A stretch of DNA of 60,453 nt, filler included, from Basidiobolus meristosporus CBS 931.73 (taxonomy: Eukaryota > Fungi > Basidiobolomycota), in NCBI GenBank assembly GCA_002104905.1. It is 3 parts of 3 records of this genome, joined end to end, with 100 filler letters (N's around TTAATTAATTAA, not from the genome) between each part and the next. Parts side by side here need not be neighbours in the genome. Positions count along the whole stretch, not along the records: positions 35,586 to 60,453 come from MCFE01000939.1; 2 more parts are not named here. The stretch is one strand, 5' to 3'. Positions 36,009 through 48,009 of the stretch are shown in pieces; the stretch's first letter is position 1, and every line of letters starts with the position of its first letter. The notes under the pieces were generated by a model, which made no database searches, was not told the origin of the DNA, and saw only the letters and a program-made list of their open reading frames with translations. A program made the translations under genes and the position numbers.

Positions 36009-37462
36009 GTGTTCTTCAAATATGATTTGTGAGCGTAATGTTCATGCTATCTACTTAAGTTGACAAGTTACATTGTATTTTTGAGATCAGAGATTCAATC
36101 CGATCATTCATGAATCCATACATGCAAGTCGACTAAAAAGGCGGAGCGTATGGAAATGCCTCAGGCAGGACAAAATAACGACTATTTGTGGAATTATAAA
36201 AGAAGTAGTCGTTTTCCCGAATCACCATACTATGTGTGATGGAGTATATTTGGCAGCATCGTATTAGTAAGCATAACATTAATCCCGTTCTACTGGAGGT
36301 TACTACCGAACCCGGGAGAAGCAATCAAAATAGATACCCTCCCTAAGGTTGATGCAGTACGCTTGGAAATTATACAAAAATCTTCTACATCACGGAAAAT
36401 GGGGTACCTTGGAGTTGAAAACCTTTTTCTGTCCACAAATCTATGCCACTCTGACTAAGAGTATTATGTTCAGTCCTGAGGCGAAGGTATTGAAATTTTG
36501 GAAGAATACTTGCAAAAAATTCGTGGCTTTTATCCCCAGGTAAGCAAAATAGCCCAAATGTTCCTTATACAGTTATCGATAAATATCCGAATGATAGAGT
36601 TATTTCTCCAGCATTCTACTTCATGATGAATATATTTGGAGCTTGCTGAGAAATTGGTGATCTCGGCAAGGTTACTCTGGAGCTTTGGTACCTCGGTGTG
36701 ATTCTGAAGCTGAGCCACTTCACTCACCGTGGAGGTTGGCAATGCACTCGTAGTTAGGAGTACACTGTAACCGCGATTTTCGAAGTAGGGAAGATCCCAA
36801 TCCAATAACTGAAGAGTATATCAGTCGGTCTACCTCATTTGGAATATTTGTAATGGTTACTGGTCTATTCTGAGATTTGTGTCCTAAAGATATGGATAGC
36901 CAACTCTAGCTAAGACCAATCAACCAATTCAGTTGCATTCCGTAAAAAACGATTCAGTATTAATACGGCTGCCACTTTACGCATAGAAGTGTTCCGAACT
37001 GACGTTTATTCTATGGTGGTTTCAGATAGGATTTAACGATAGCGCTTACACGATTATCGGCTACTACGGTACAAACGATCATCATCAGGGTAGCCTTATT
37101 GAATTTAAACAGACTGAAGCGAGAGACTGGCTGATTGATGCTATGTCAAGTACCCTAGATGGCGTCTCCTTTATTCGAATGTAACACAATTCTTTAGCAT
37201 GTACTACATTACGTACTTGATTCACCCAACTCTCGCCAACATGTGAGCTGCTTTCAGGCACCTATAGCAGCTTCTACATAATGTATCATCAGCTCGTATG
37301 CCTCTTTGTATAGAAATTTGCACTTCCTGAATCCTACTATGCTGAAGCTGCTTAATTGAATAAAGCTGTACAACCGATCATGGATCGTACCCTTATGGCG
37401 AGTTAAGCTATAAAAGAACCCAACCTTCCGATAGAGAAGAGTATTCCTTCTAAGTGAAAACT

Positions 37463-37984
37463 ATGAAGAGCTGGTTTACTGCCATATGTCTCATTTCACT
37501 TGTTCTTCAAGCGGTGCTGGTATTCGCTGCCCCAATTGGTCATTCGGTAAGAATTCCGAACCGTAGCTCTCAGAGGTTCCCTACCTCGCCTCCTCAGACC
37601 GGCTCTGGGAATGGCGACGTACAAAAGATGCTCGAACTGGTCAACCGACAACGCCAGCTCAATGGTAAAACCGCCTTAAAGCTCGATAACCGCCTGGTGC
37701 TTTCCGCTCAAAAGCATACTGATTATCAGGCTCGCGTTGGCCAGATGACTCATGACGAGCCTGGCAGGCCTCTTAGCACTCGTGTCTCCGAAACCGGGTT
37801 TAAATGGAGGGCTTTGGGTGAGAATGTAGCCAAGGGATATGGAAGCATCGATGCGGTGATGAAGGGCTGGATGAACTCTCCCGGTCATCGTAGCAATATT
37901 CTTAGCTCACAATATACCCACTTTGGCTCTGGCTATGTCGCCAAAGGTAACTACTGGACCCAAAATTTTGCTCGTCAAGCATAG
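37463..37984 (+). CDS. Secreted CAP/SCP-domain protein (YkwD-like), intronless, 173 aa
   Basis: Signal peptide MKSWFTAICLISLVLQAVLVFA; LELVNRQR, AQKH, GENVAKG, GWMNSPGHRSNIL, YWTQNF; TATAAAA at ~37409. Confidence 0.9.
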   Translation: MKSWFTAICLISLVLQAVLVFAAPIGHSVRIPNRSSQRFPTSPPQTGSGNGDVQKMLELVNRQRQLNGKTALKLDNRLVLSAQKHTDYQARVGQMTHDEPGRPLSTRVSETGFKWRALGENVAKGYGSIDAVMKGWMNSPGHRSNILSSQYTHFGSGYVAKGNYWTQNFARQA

Positions 37985-38435
37985 GTTACTATAATTGCGT
38001 TCAATGCCAATAAACATCTTTCAACTTGAATTGAACCATAAGGATATAACGAGTAGGTTAGAGATTTCAAACACCCGCCGTAGAGAGTGCAATCTAATGG
38101 AACCAATTGGTAGATTATCACCAATACACATACACTGGCTTGATCGGCTACATTGATGGCCAGTGACTAGTCTTTGATCCCTGATCTGTTCTAGGATACT
38201 CCGTGCGCCCACTATTATTACTCCAGTTCAATATATTGACTAGTGCTACTAACAGGTAAAAAATCATCCTGTGAAGCATATATATATATATATACAGGAC
38301 AATAACAATAATGCATGCCATATATTGGCATCTTCGTGATTCAAATCACCAATTCCCTATCATAAGGAGTCATGTCCACTTGAGTGTGCATTTGTCATAA
38401 ATTTCTCACTCCCAAACGAAGGAAAACAACGGTGT

Positions 38436-38951
38436 TTGAACCTACGCCTCCACTACTACTGTACTTGCAGCTTGCCCTCGGTGTCATGCAATCGAAATAG
38501 TGGTGCCTCCTACTACTGCGAAGGCCAAAACCTCTATCAATGTCAAACTGGCTCCTCTAGAATATCTGTGCTGGCAATTGTTGTGATCATCCTGCATACG
38601 CTGCATTCTGCCCTAACTGCAAGAGCCCAAACCACCATCAAGACTACTACGACGACATCAACCAATACTAAGTCTGCCACTAGCAACTTTAAATCATCAA
38701 CAATCACTAGCACTAAACCGACCACCACTAAGACAACCACCTCCGAGCCTAGTACTACAACCATCACTAGTACAAATCAACCGGACTCCACTGTCGCCCT
38801 TGGAGCCCTGTGTCTAGTGAATGGCAGATACGGTTGCAAAGGATCCTACTTCTTTTTGGTTTGCCAAAATGGCCAGTGGGAGGTACAAAATAACTGTGGA
38901 GGTACTTGCTGCGATATATACCAGTATGCGCAATATTGCTATAAATATTAA
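38436..38951 (+). CDS. Cys-rich / hydrophobic / Thr-rich / Cys-rich (CBM19-like) protein; start codon uncertain
   Basis: Open frame with SVLAIVVIIL, a Thr/Ser linker and C-terminal CLVNGRYGCKGSYFFLVCQNGQWEVQNNCGGTCC; no ATG in frame. Confidence 0.55.
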   Translation: MNLRLHYYCTCSLPSVSCNRNSGASYYCEGQNLYQCQTGSSRISVLAIVVIILHTLHSALTARAQTTIKTTTTTSTNTKSATSNFKSSTITSTKPTTTKTTTSEPSTTTITSTNQPDSTVALGALCLVNGRYGCKGSYFFLVCQNGQWEVQNNCGGTCCDIYQYAQYCYKY

Positions 38952-40229
38952 TTATGATAAAACGTTGATGCTTATGGACGTATAAAAATCCCGGTTAATC
39001 TGAAATATTTCGTAGCAAGCCAACCATAGCAATTTGATTTGTTCAAATTATGGGCATGTCTTGATGTTGAAAGAATAAGATATCTGTCCCTACAATAAGG
39101 CCAATAGGGCCAATAGTAATACAGGCCATAGTACCAGAAAAACTGTTGTGCCAATTCAGTCATGATAATAGGCACCGACTTCATTCTTAACCAGTTGCGT
39201 TCGTATATCAAAAATTGCCTCGTTGAACTCTCACGTGTGACTTGGGGGCATTCTGAGTAAAAGAAACTCCATCAGTCTCACTACTGAGTCAAACGCATTT
39301 GTTAATACATGTGATCGATGATTCAATGGTGAAACCTCTGCTGATGCATTGAAGACTTGACTCACCGATTGCTTCTTTACCTTGCTATATATATGTGACT
39401 CACTGATGATTACCTTGCTATGTATATGTGACTCACTGCTCACCTAACCCTATATTTGGCGCTTAGCTCATTCGCCCCTTGTGATTAATCAGTATCACTA
39501 TCCACAAATCAATCACCATAGTTATATGCCCCAACGCTTTCTCGCCTATCCCTATTTGCTGATTAGCACATTTACACCTCTGTGGCCAATCATTTCAAGC
39601 TCCCAATGGCTATATAAGCTGTATTGTGTAGTAGCCTTTCTCTTCGAACTGCTGATCTACTGGTTTTCCAGTGTTGCTTCAGGTTTCTTGACTTTGATCA
39701 TAACCATGATGTGATATTGTGGAGCTCGGTGGGTTTGTTGGCGCCTTAGTCATCTGTTGACTTTGAGTTGGATTTATCAATGGGTGAAATATTCTTTCAA
39801 GACTTACTCACTAGTAAAGAGGATTTAATTCCACAGAATCTCTTGATTTGTAAAGAGCAAATAAGTGAGCCTAGTGGATTACATAGTAAATCAATAAGGT
39901 ACATTGTGGAATATGCTTCTTAGACGTTAAATATTGTGTTTACTCTGATAGATAATACATCCTAGAGATCATCTTATGATATATGTATTCCATGCTCATA
40001 GAAGATGTAGATATGTCCACAGCATTTCCTTACTTGGTGAATTCTTTAGCAACTTGGAGTGGCATTTAAGAACTCAATTACTGAAGTTTGTAAACTGCTC
40101 ACTACATATGCATTGAACATGTTTCCAATGTTTCTAGATGCACAGGTCTGAGCAGCTTTCAACTTTTGGACAATGCACCTATCCAGTGAAGTGGCTACCA
40201 AAGGAAAAGTAGTCCATTTATATATCTTC

Positions 40230-40680
40230 AATAGAGGTGATTTAACGTACACATTCATTGTAGAGATGTTCTAAATATATTTTTAATCCTTAGTACACCC
40301 TGTAATATTCTTCACAAGCACTCTGCTACTGGGTCAGATGATCAAGCTGCTCATAGATTGATATGTAGCTGATTTAGTATAAATATTACAAAGTCATTCT
40401 ATTGTAATGAGTATACATTGATGACTAGATTCTAATATCCTCAATAGAGATGATTTAACATGTACTTTCATTTTAGAAGTGATTTAACATATACTTTCAT
40501 TGTAGAGGTGATCCAAGTATATTTTTCACCATCAATACACCCTGTAATATTCTTCAAAAGCACTCTGCTACTAAATCAGGTGATCAACCTGCACATATAT
40601 TAGTATATGGTTGATCTAGTATAAATATTACCAAGTCATTCTGTCGTAATGATTATGCACTGATAACTAAACTCTAACCA
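40230..40680. repeat. Tandem duplication of ~2 x 215-240 bp with ~27-bp subrepeats
   Basis: caccctgtaatattcttca..agcactctgctact occurs twice; tagaggtgatttaac.. subrepeat occurs several times. Confidence 0.8.
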
Positions 40681-40765
40681 GTAATGAACTAGATTTTGCT
40701 GAATGCAGCACTATTTGTGTATGGAATAGAAATATCCATGACGGCACAATTAAATAAAGAGGAGG

Positions 40766-41901
40766 ATGATACGTTGCATTTGCCAACAACCAATATATCT
40801 AAGCATAAAGATACTCATGGATTCTCTAATCACTGCTAAACTGCAGAGAAAAATAACACTACCACAATACTTGCACCAAGCGCCCCACTACCATAGGTAC
40901 ATCCTTAGCCCATCAGTAGAGACCGAAATATTACTGGCCTTTCTGACTTCATTGTGCAACAACCATGACGAGTACCAGGAGTTACTCTACCCCCAAAACG
41001 CGCCCGAAGATAGGTACTACCACAGCTATTGTGCACAAGAATTAAACAAAGATTACTAACCAACTGGTACTAGGAAATCTCCACTAGACACCTTGCCAAC
41101 GGATTTATTAGTGTCCGTAAAGGAAACCCTTGCTACAGTTTTTGATTTTGTCCTGGAAACTTACATTGTCACACGTCCCCAATGGTCCACACAAACCTTG
41201 GAGTCAGGTAGCATCATAGAAGAGTCCATTATGGCCGGCTCGTATATATCTTGTGAGGAGAGCGAGCAAACTGTCTTTGCTTGTGTTCTTTGGAAGACCC
41301 AAGTGGGGGATCCGAATTCGTCCATTTACCAGCTTCAAAAAGCTACTGGTTGTACAACGGAGGCGGCACAAAAGATAGCTACTCTCTCCCAGAGTAAGGT
41401 ACCTTTTTGTTAGAAGACCTTTAGAGATTACCTTTCGTTGACCAGCAGTAGGGAAGAGCAGTAGTCGCTCTATCCACAGATATAGAGCGTCTAGTCAGGA
41501 TTGGGACTAGTTTGGCATCCTGTGGCCTGCACGTTACCATTCGGTCAGGCAGAGACACCTTTCGAGAAGAGATTGCTGGTTTACTTCTTCGGTGTGTACA
41601 GGAGCTATGTACCAGTCGATTGCCACCAATCATCAAGATAGTACGTGACCAGCTGCTCAGCGGTTGGCAAAGAGATTCTATTGATGTATGCAAACAATTA
41701 CTTCAGATCGATATACTACTGCTATCTAGTGGTTGCATGTCAGTCGAGGAAAATGGTTACTTAAAAGCACTGTATTACAGTGCTTTTCCGGATGGAGAGA
41801 AAACCTTGAGTACGTATTATCCCTTTAATGCTATTCCCCAAGTTTTGTCCAACTCGCCATTGTTACAGCTTCTAGGTTTACTGCGCTATACACTGCATTG
41901 A
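40766..41901 (+). pseudogene. UBR1: Fragment of an N-end-rule E3 ligase (Ubr1-like), ClpS-like region present
   Basis: FACVLW...QLQKATGCTTEAAQKIA...GRAVVALSTDIERLVRIG..L..CGLHVTIRSGRDTFREEIAG matches recalled fungal Ubr1 (VLWNDE..., GR.VV, VTIRSARDTFREQM); stops at 41057 and 41411 plus a frameshift. Confidence 0.65.
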
Positions 41902-42573
41902 CTGGCAGAGTAATAAGCGAGTCAAAAGCAGAGTTGCTTTTTGAATCCTCCAAGCATACAGATGAGTATGATTTTGTTGTTTTAACTCTGGGTGCATTGC
42001 GCCCTTACTCGCTTGTTTTGATATAAGGTAGAATTAAGTGGTATTGGAAATATAAAGGATATAGCAACATTGTAAAGCTACAATATACTATGGAACTTGA
42101 GCTGAAAATTTCAATTCATTCGTTGGTGCGGCACCAAAGAGACTGCTTGGCTGCATTAGCTAAGAAAAGCTTAATGAGTCTGCCACTGTATGTTAGAGGT
42201 ATTTCAATTGGGACAATGTATAATGTCGCATTTAACTCAAGTTACTTGTACAATATCAACTGACCTGTATGCTTTAAGTTACGGCTTACATACTATGCTC
42301 TTGATTGACTATTTATACACTTGGAAGTTCTGCATATTTCCTGAAAGTATATTCTAGTGCAAATCACTGGGGCATTGCCAATTATTTTGGAACCTTAAAG
42401 ACCATAGTATATCACTTCAGCACAATTGGGTAAAATACATATATATCATTCTTCTCATATAACTGGTGATGAGTGTCATAGTGGCTTGGAGGTTTTTCAA
42501 ATGTTGTTAGATATAGTATAGTTCTCTGAGTTGCTTCCATTGCTAACCATATCAATGATGTTAGCTCAAAAAG

Positions 42574-42884
42574 TTCTATGTAAAATCTCAAACTGGGAAT
42601 TCATCTGATAACCTGCTGTTATTTTAATTGTGTTCTGCCAGTATTCAGCTAATATTTTTCCTTCAAATCTTTAGTAGCATTTTTTGGTAAAAGTAGGGAG
42701 TAACAGATTACCAAAATATGGTATGGATCCTAACCAGCTTATTCTCCTCCTAGAGAATATGTCTACTAGTCTGCCAAATTGCAGGTAACTGAAATATTGA
42801 GATTTGTAAATTTAGAGAAACTTAGAACTCAGCTGATGTTGTGATAGCTTTCAGCTGGCCTTATCTTAATTTTTGCTCTGAAGG
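42574..42884 (-). mobile_element. CACTA-type MITE copy 3
   Basis: Body matches 53196-53472; degenerate ends TTCTATGTAAAATCTC and CTCTGAAGG; flanks AAG/AGG. Confidence 0.7.
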
Positions 42885-42956
42885 AGGGGTATATATAGGT
42901 GTAAAAACTTTAGAGATATTGAAGGTGACTGGGAAAGCAAGTAGCTTACATGATTT

Positions 42957-43305
42957 TGCTATAAGTGTCTTGGAGATACTGGAGGTGATTGGGAGAACAA
43001 GTAGATCATGTGGTTTCAACTTAATGATATATTGAATGTAAAAGTGAAGTTTATACTTTAGCATGGTCTTGGTATAACAAACCCGTAGAATATGATTAGG
43101 AAGGTCCCAAAAACATGTGTGCAAACATTTGTGGTGCCTAGACAAATCTGAGAGTTTTCATACTCTGGGTACCTGAAGTTTTGGTGAAGCTGTTTCAACT
43201 GAGTCCAAACAAGGAATTTGGACAGTATTCTCTGAGATTTTTAGGTAATGATCCAAGTGACTTAGTTAGGTAAATATTTAGGTGTAATTGCAAGTTTTTA
43301 CAACA
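42957..43305 (-). repeat. Copia-2 3' LTR, preceded by a ~60-bp partial duplicate of its end
   Basis: Colinear with 50250-50595; PPT-like AGCTTGGTGGGAG at 43306-43318. Confidence 0.85.
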
Positions 43306-44249
43306 CTCCCACCAAGCTAAATGCTTATATTGACTAGTCCTAATTGTGACCTATGAACATCAAATTTGTCTCTAGCCAACAGTCTTTAAGCATGTCTGCT
43401 ATCATTTCATCTGTAGGACAGTTAGCTGAGTCAACCAAGCTTTTCTCTATAGCTTCATGTATGAAATGATGTCTAATATCTATGTGCTTACTTCTAGCAT
43501 CAAAAGCTGGATATCTACACATTGTATACATCTTTGATTATCTCAAAATAAAGTAATAGGTGCTTTGTGACATAAGCCTAAACCTTTAAAAAGCCTTTTT
43601 AACCAAAATATTTTCTTTTGTAGCTTCACAGGCTGCCATACACTTTGCCTCTGTGGTCAAAAGTGCTATGGTTGATTGTTTTCATTAAATCTATAAAATT
43701 ACTCCTTTACAGTAAAGAAAGGTGCACACTGTGGTGGATCATCTGTTGTCAAAATTTGTTCCCAATCAGCATAAGAGTATCCCACAAGATCCTGTTCTGA
43801 ATTTATTGGAGTACATTGAGCTGATATCAGCAGTTCCTTTTTGGTATTTGAAAAGATTCTTAACTGCTGTAATACAATCAGATCCAAAATACTGATTCTG
43901 CTGTCTGAAAACTACCACTGAAAATTAGATATCTGTATGCATTCCAAGCATAATATACATCAGACTGCCAACCATAGATTTATAAGGGAGTTCTGGGCTT
44001 TCAGATGGCATCATGCTATCTTTATTTGGTTGAGTTTTTACCAACATGAAGTTTGTCTCCATTATTATAGCTGGCAGCTTACAGTCTTCCATTTGATACT
44101 TCTATAGTACATCTTGAGTATACCTGCACTGACTTAAGGTGGTAGTGTGGGTACTTAGGTAGATGGAGAACTTTGTCCCCAAGTAGTAACTGAGTTCTCA
44201 TAGATTAGACACCTTGAACTCTTTAGATTGGCTAGATTTAGTCTCTTTG
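43306..44249 (-). pseudogene. Copia-2 RT end and RNase H remnant
   Basis: PYKSMVGSLMY, VGYSYADW, RSKHIDIRHHFIHE, CPTDEMIADM. Confidence 0.85.
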
Positions 44250-44687
44250 TGCTGTAGGAATCTTGTAGATATTGGAAGTGATTGGGAGGACAAGTAGATT
44301 ACATAGTTTTCACTTAATGATTCATTGAATGCAAAAGTAGTACTTATATTTCTACATGGTCTTGGCATAAGATGAACACAGAATAGATTGAGGAAGGTTC
44401 CAAGAGCATGTGTGCAAAGTTTGGGGCTGTCTGAACAACTTTGGGAATTTTCATGTTCTGGGTATGTGCTATTTTTGTCAAAATATTCTAAGTAGATCCC
44501 AACAAGAAATTTGCTCAGTGTCTCTAGGATTTGAAGGTAATGATCTAAGTGACTAAGTTGGGTGAACATTTAGGTGGAGCTCCAAATTCTTATAACATGC
44601 CCACCCAACTAAATGTGTATACTGACTAGTCCTAACTTTGACCTAAGATATTCAAATATGTCTCTAGCTAATGGTTTGGTAAATATG
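44250..44687 (-). mobile_element. Copia-2 3' end: RNase H tail, PPT and 3' LTR (44250-44597)
   Basis: IFTKPLARDIFEYLRSKLGL, purine tract 44598-44610, 348-bp LTR. Confidence 0.85.
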
Positions 44688-44999
44688 CCCTATGAGAAAT
44701 AATTTGGCCCTGCAGGTGGATCCCATCCAGATCAGCTGTCAGGATCCCATTTAGAGACCATCATAATACCAGCAGCTTGGAATTAGTGACCCTCCTAACA
44801 AATTCAAGATGGGATCATGATGGTGTTTTGCTAATTTTACAACAAAATAAAGGGATAATGCTTGACAATATTTATTGGTGCTGTGACAATATTTGCATGG
44901 TATTGTTGCGGTCTTTTAGCGCTCTATAACTATTTTAAGGGGATCCACTGGCCAGGACATCCAATTGCTGTATATGGTAAGAAACTTGACAGTATTTTG

Positions 45000-47900
45000 A
45001 CGGCCTCACAGCAAGACTCTGATGGCATTTTATTGGCAGTATGACGGCCTACCACTGGTTCTGTATAATGCTACCATACCAATTTACCAAATGGTATTTC
45101 CTTTTTCTACCTCCCCTTGTGCAATTCATATATTCCACTGTACAATCACCCCTCTTTATTTGCTTACCCACTACTACCTTGGGTATTCCACATATAGTTT
45201 AAATCAAAAAAAACTATGGCCTCCTGCTTACTAGCCTCAACAAACGCACACACCTGCCACAATTGACATACTTCTATCACCTCAACTTTACAGCTTTTTA
45301 GTGTGATACTTGCAAAGTTGCCATATACCTTGTACTGCTGGTAGCATATACATCTTGCAAACATATGCTTGGTTGTTGCCACTTCTGCCATGAATACCTC
45401 CTGAATATTGGCAAAGAACTTCTTGGTATTTAGCAATATATTCCTTCTCCCTGCTGGATTCTAGTCCCCCTTATAGGTGCACTCTGTCTTTTGTTTGTGT
45501 GAATTCCTTATTGAATGGTGTAGAAGTTGGCTTGTGACCACAAGAAATCCGGCATATCTTGCTGGAGTTTTCCTGATAAGAATTAGTTGCTTGTTGCACC
45601 CAACTCAACTTTGCATTACTTAACTGATTACCCACACATTGGGGCTGCTTAGCTTCTTATTGCCATAGGCATAGGTGTCTCCATGTGCACATTTGTACTC
45701 ACTATTTTCCAACTCTTTCTGGCTGTCCTCCATGAGCCAACTCATCATATCCATGACAGACTTGAAGGTAATATTCTTGATGAGATTGGATATGGTAGTA
45801 CCTGCGACTTGACTTGTCTTCCTATCTCCCCACACATCCGCTCCATAGGAAACTCCCAAAAGGTGAAGCAAGGCCCAATATTCTCCACACACCATGCAAG
45901 ATGAAGTAGAGAATGGATACAGTAGTGGCAGAGATCTATGTGTTCAGCTTTATGTTTGTAGTATAGCCGCTCAAATCCTGTCACAAACTCCTCACACAAC
46001 AGCTGTAGATGCATCTAGTTGGCATTGGCAATCTGCTTCTGGATAAATATTCCTACAATGTCCACATATGACTCCCAATGCTTCCAATTTACTCTTGGTA
46101 GGAATGGCTTCAGAACACCACTTGAATAAATACATACCCAGTTCATCCAGTCTTTGCATTTGTATTGTCACATATGCGTATGAATATTAATTGGAGCCCA
46201 TGAGAAGTACTTAGGGTAGCGGTGTGGTGGTGTATAAGTCCAAAGGGCAAAATACGGCCAACACTTCTCAAGTGTGAATGTGTGTGGGGTGTTCACTGGG
46301 TGCATTAACTTCTGGCAAAAGCTTGCTAGGAATACTGGGCCTTTTATCCAATCTAATGTGAAGGGGGATAAAGCCTGAAGCTTGTCAAGGGAAAACTTTT
46401 GAACTACAATCCCCAACTTAGTTGGCATCTTAACAAAAGTTTATAATGGCTTTGACATCCTTTGAGATGACAATGTACTAAAGCTTCCAAAGTCAAAACA
46501 ACTGTAAACTCCACCAACAGGGACTTGATAAGAATGCAGCTTTGACCAATAGTTACAAAGACTGAAAAGTATCTTTGCCTGTACAAGAACAAACTTGGGA
46601 AAACAATCAAATATAATAAAATATACCTACTCTGAGTATTCCTCACAAGTAGTGCCTCCTAGGTCAGTTGGCTGTCAGCATGGTTTCCTGGGAGTATTGT
46701 CAGGTCTGAGTCAGAAAGTAGTGGTAATAGGTAATAGAGATCTCACTAACCAGTAAGTTGGAATATTGCAAGAGGGATGATTTATTTTAAGAAATAGCCT
46801 CCCTTATATACTTTTTTTTTGCTGTTCAAATTCTTGCTAGAAAATACTTTCCGGAAGTTTCCAGAAGGTAGTAGACAGCCAATCATGCCATTGTATACAA
46901 AAAATAGCTCAAATTCTTGGCAGATTGTTCCATGAGACATAGTAGCACCCAGCCAATCAGATAGTGGTCATATGAAACCTCTGTGTCATGTAGTTACCTC
47001 ATATGGTAGTAAGATAGGAGGGTTATGAAACCAGGATGGTCACATGACATAGGCACTGTAGGGGGTACTTGCCTTATATGGTAACTATCTTATCTTGGCA
47101 TCTTGGCAAGGAATAGGAATAGCTTGTGCAATGGGTTAATAGTGACAAATAGTTTGTCAGGTTGCATAGTAATAATTACATAGACAGATAGAAAATATTG
47201 CAATTTGGGATGATACTAATATAGGTGGGGTGGTAATCCTTTTTAGGGAAGTGAACGTATGGGAATGAGCACATCTGCCTGTGGGTGTCACTGTGACCCC
47301 ACTACAGCAGATACTCTGTAATATCTTGCCAATTTTTCAAATTTCTCCGGTATCTCAAAGGGCTCATTTAGCTTGAAATGCCCCATGTACAACTTGGTCA
47401 TCAGTATAGGGATATTGTTGAAAAGCAAATGCATTGCTCTCAGTGGAAAGCTTTTGCTCCAACAGATACCCTCTATCTTAAGTATCTCTGGTTTCTGATT
47501 GATTCCATATTCTGGCTGATGGCTTATAGCTTGCCAACTTTGCTGCAATTGCATGCTTACTTCTGTATGTTCTCTCTGAGGAAAGATGATGTTCTTAGTG
47601 CTGGTGTTTGGGTAATAATAATATGTGTGAGCTATGGAGTAAATCCCCTGGATCTCACACATTTGACAGCAATACTGTCCATTGTGCCCGGAAAAACCTG
47701 CTATCTTGCTGATGGCCAGGGTATCTCCAATGCAGATAATAACATGCGCTTTTACATGATGGCCATTTACCGTTATCCCACTGGAAAGCATACAAAATTC
47801 ATCCAGCAATGGATACAGGTAGCTATCCAGGTTGGATGGTGATTTAGGCCCAGATACCAGTGAGACTACCATCAGAATATTGCTCTGATACTGTAAGATG

Positions 47901-48007
47901 GGTGGCATATTCAGATTGATGAGAATCAGTGGCCAGCAGGACTTGCTGGTAGAGTACTTGTTTAATGATAATCCATCAAGTGCTAAAGCAAAGGCATGGT
48001 TGTACAT
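45000..48007 (-). pseudogene. CACTA transposase (Transposase_21 and DUF4218-like regions), split by a Gypsy solo LTR
   Basis: LALDGLS, WPLILINLNMPP, GPKSPSNLDSYLYPLLDE, IGDTLAISK..FSGHNG..CC.MC; IHSLLHLA....IGP....WEFPMERMCG. Confidence 0.9.
46223..47306 (-). repeat. Gypsy solo LTR (1084 bp) with 4-bp TSD
   Basis: GCGG at 46219-46222 and GCAG at 47307-47310; the empty site at ~25141-25156 fits a 4-bp duplication. Confidence 0.9.
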
Positions 48008-48009
48008 TC

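Noticed and set aside
38972-39211. Tyr/Trp-rich small ORF on the minus strand
   Set aside because: No recognisable family, start context or supporting features.
47378-47842. 154-aa + strand ORF, and similar ORFs at 12115, 15281, 29883, 33467, 51553, 55341 and 57712
   Set aside because: Antisense or alternate-frame shadows of recognised transposon or host ORFs, with no motifs of their own.
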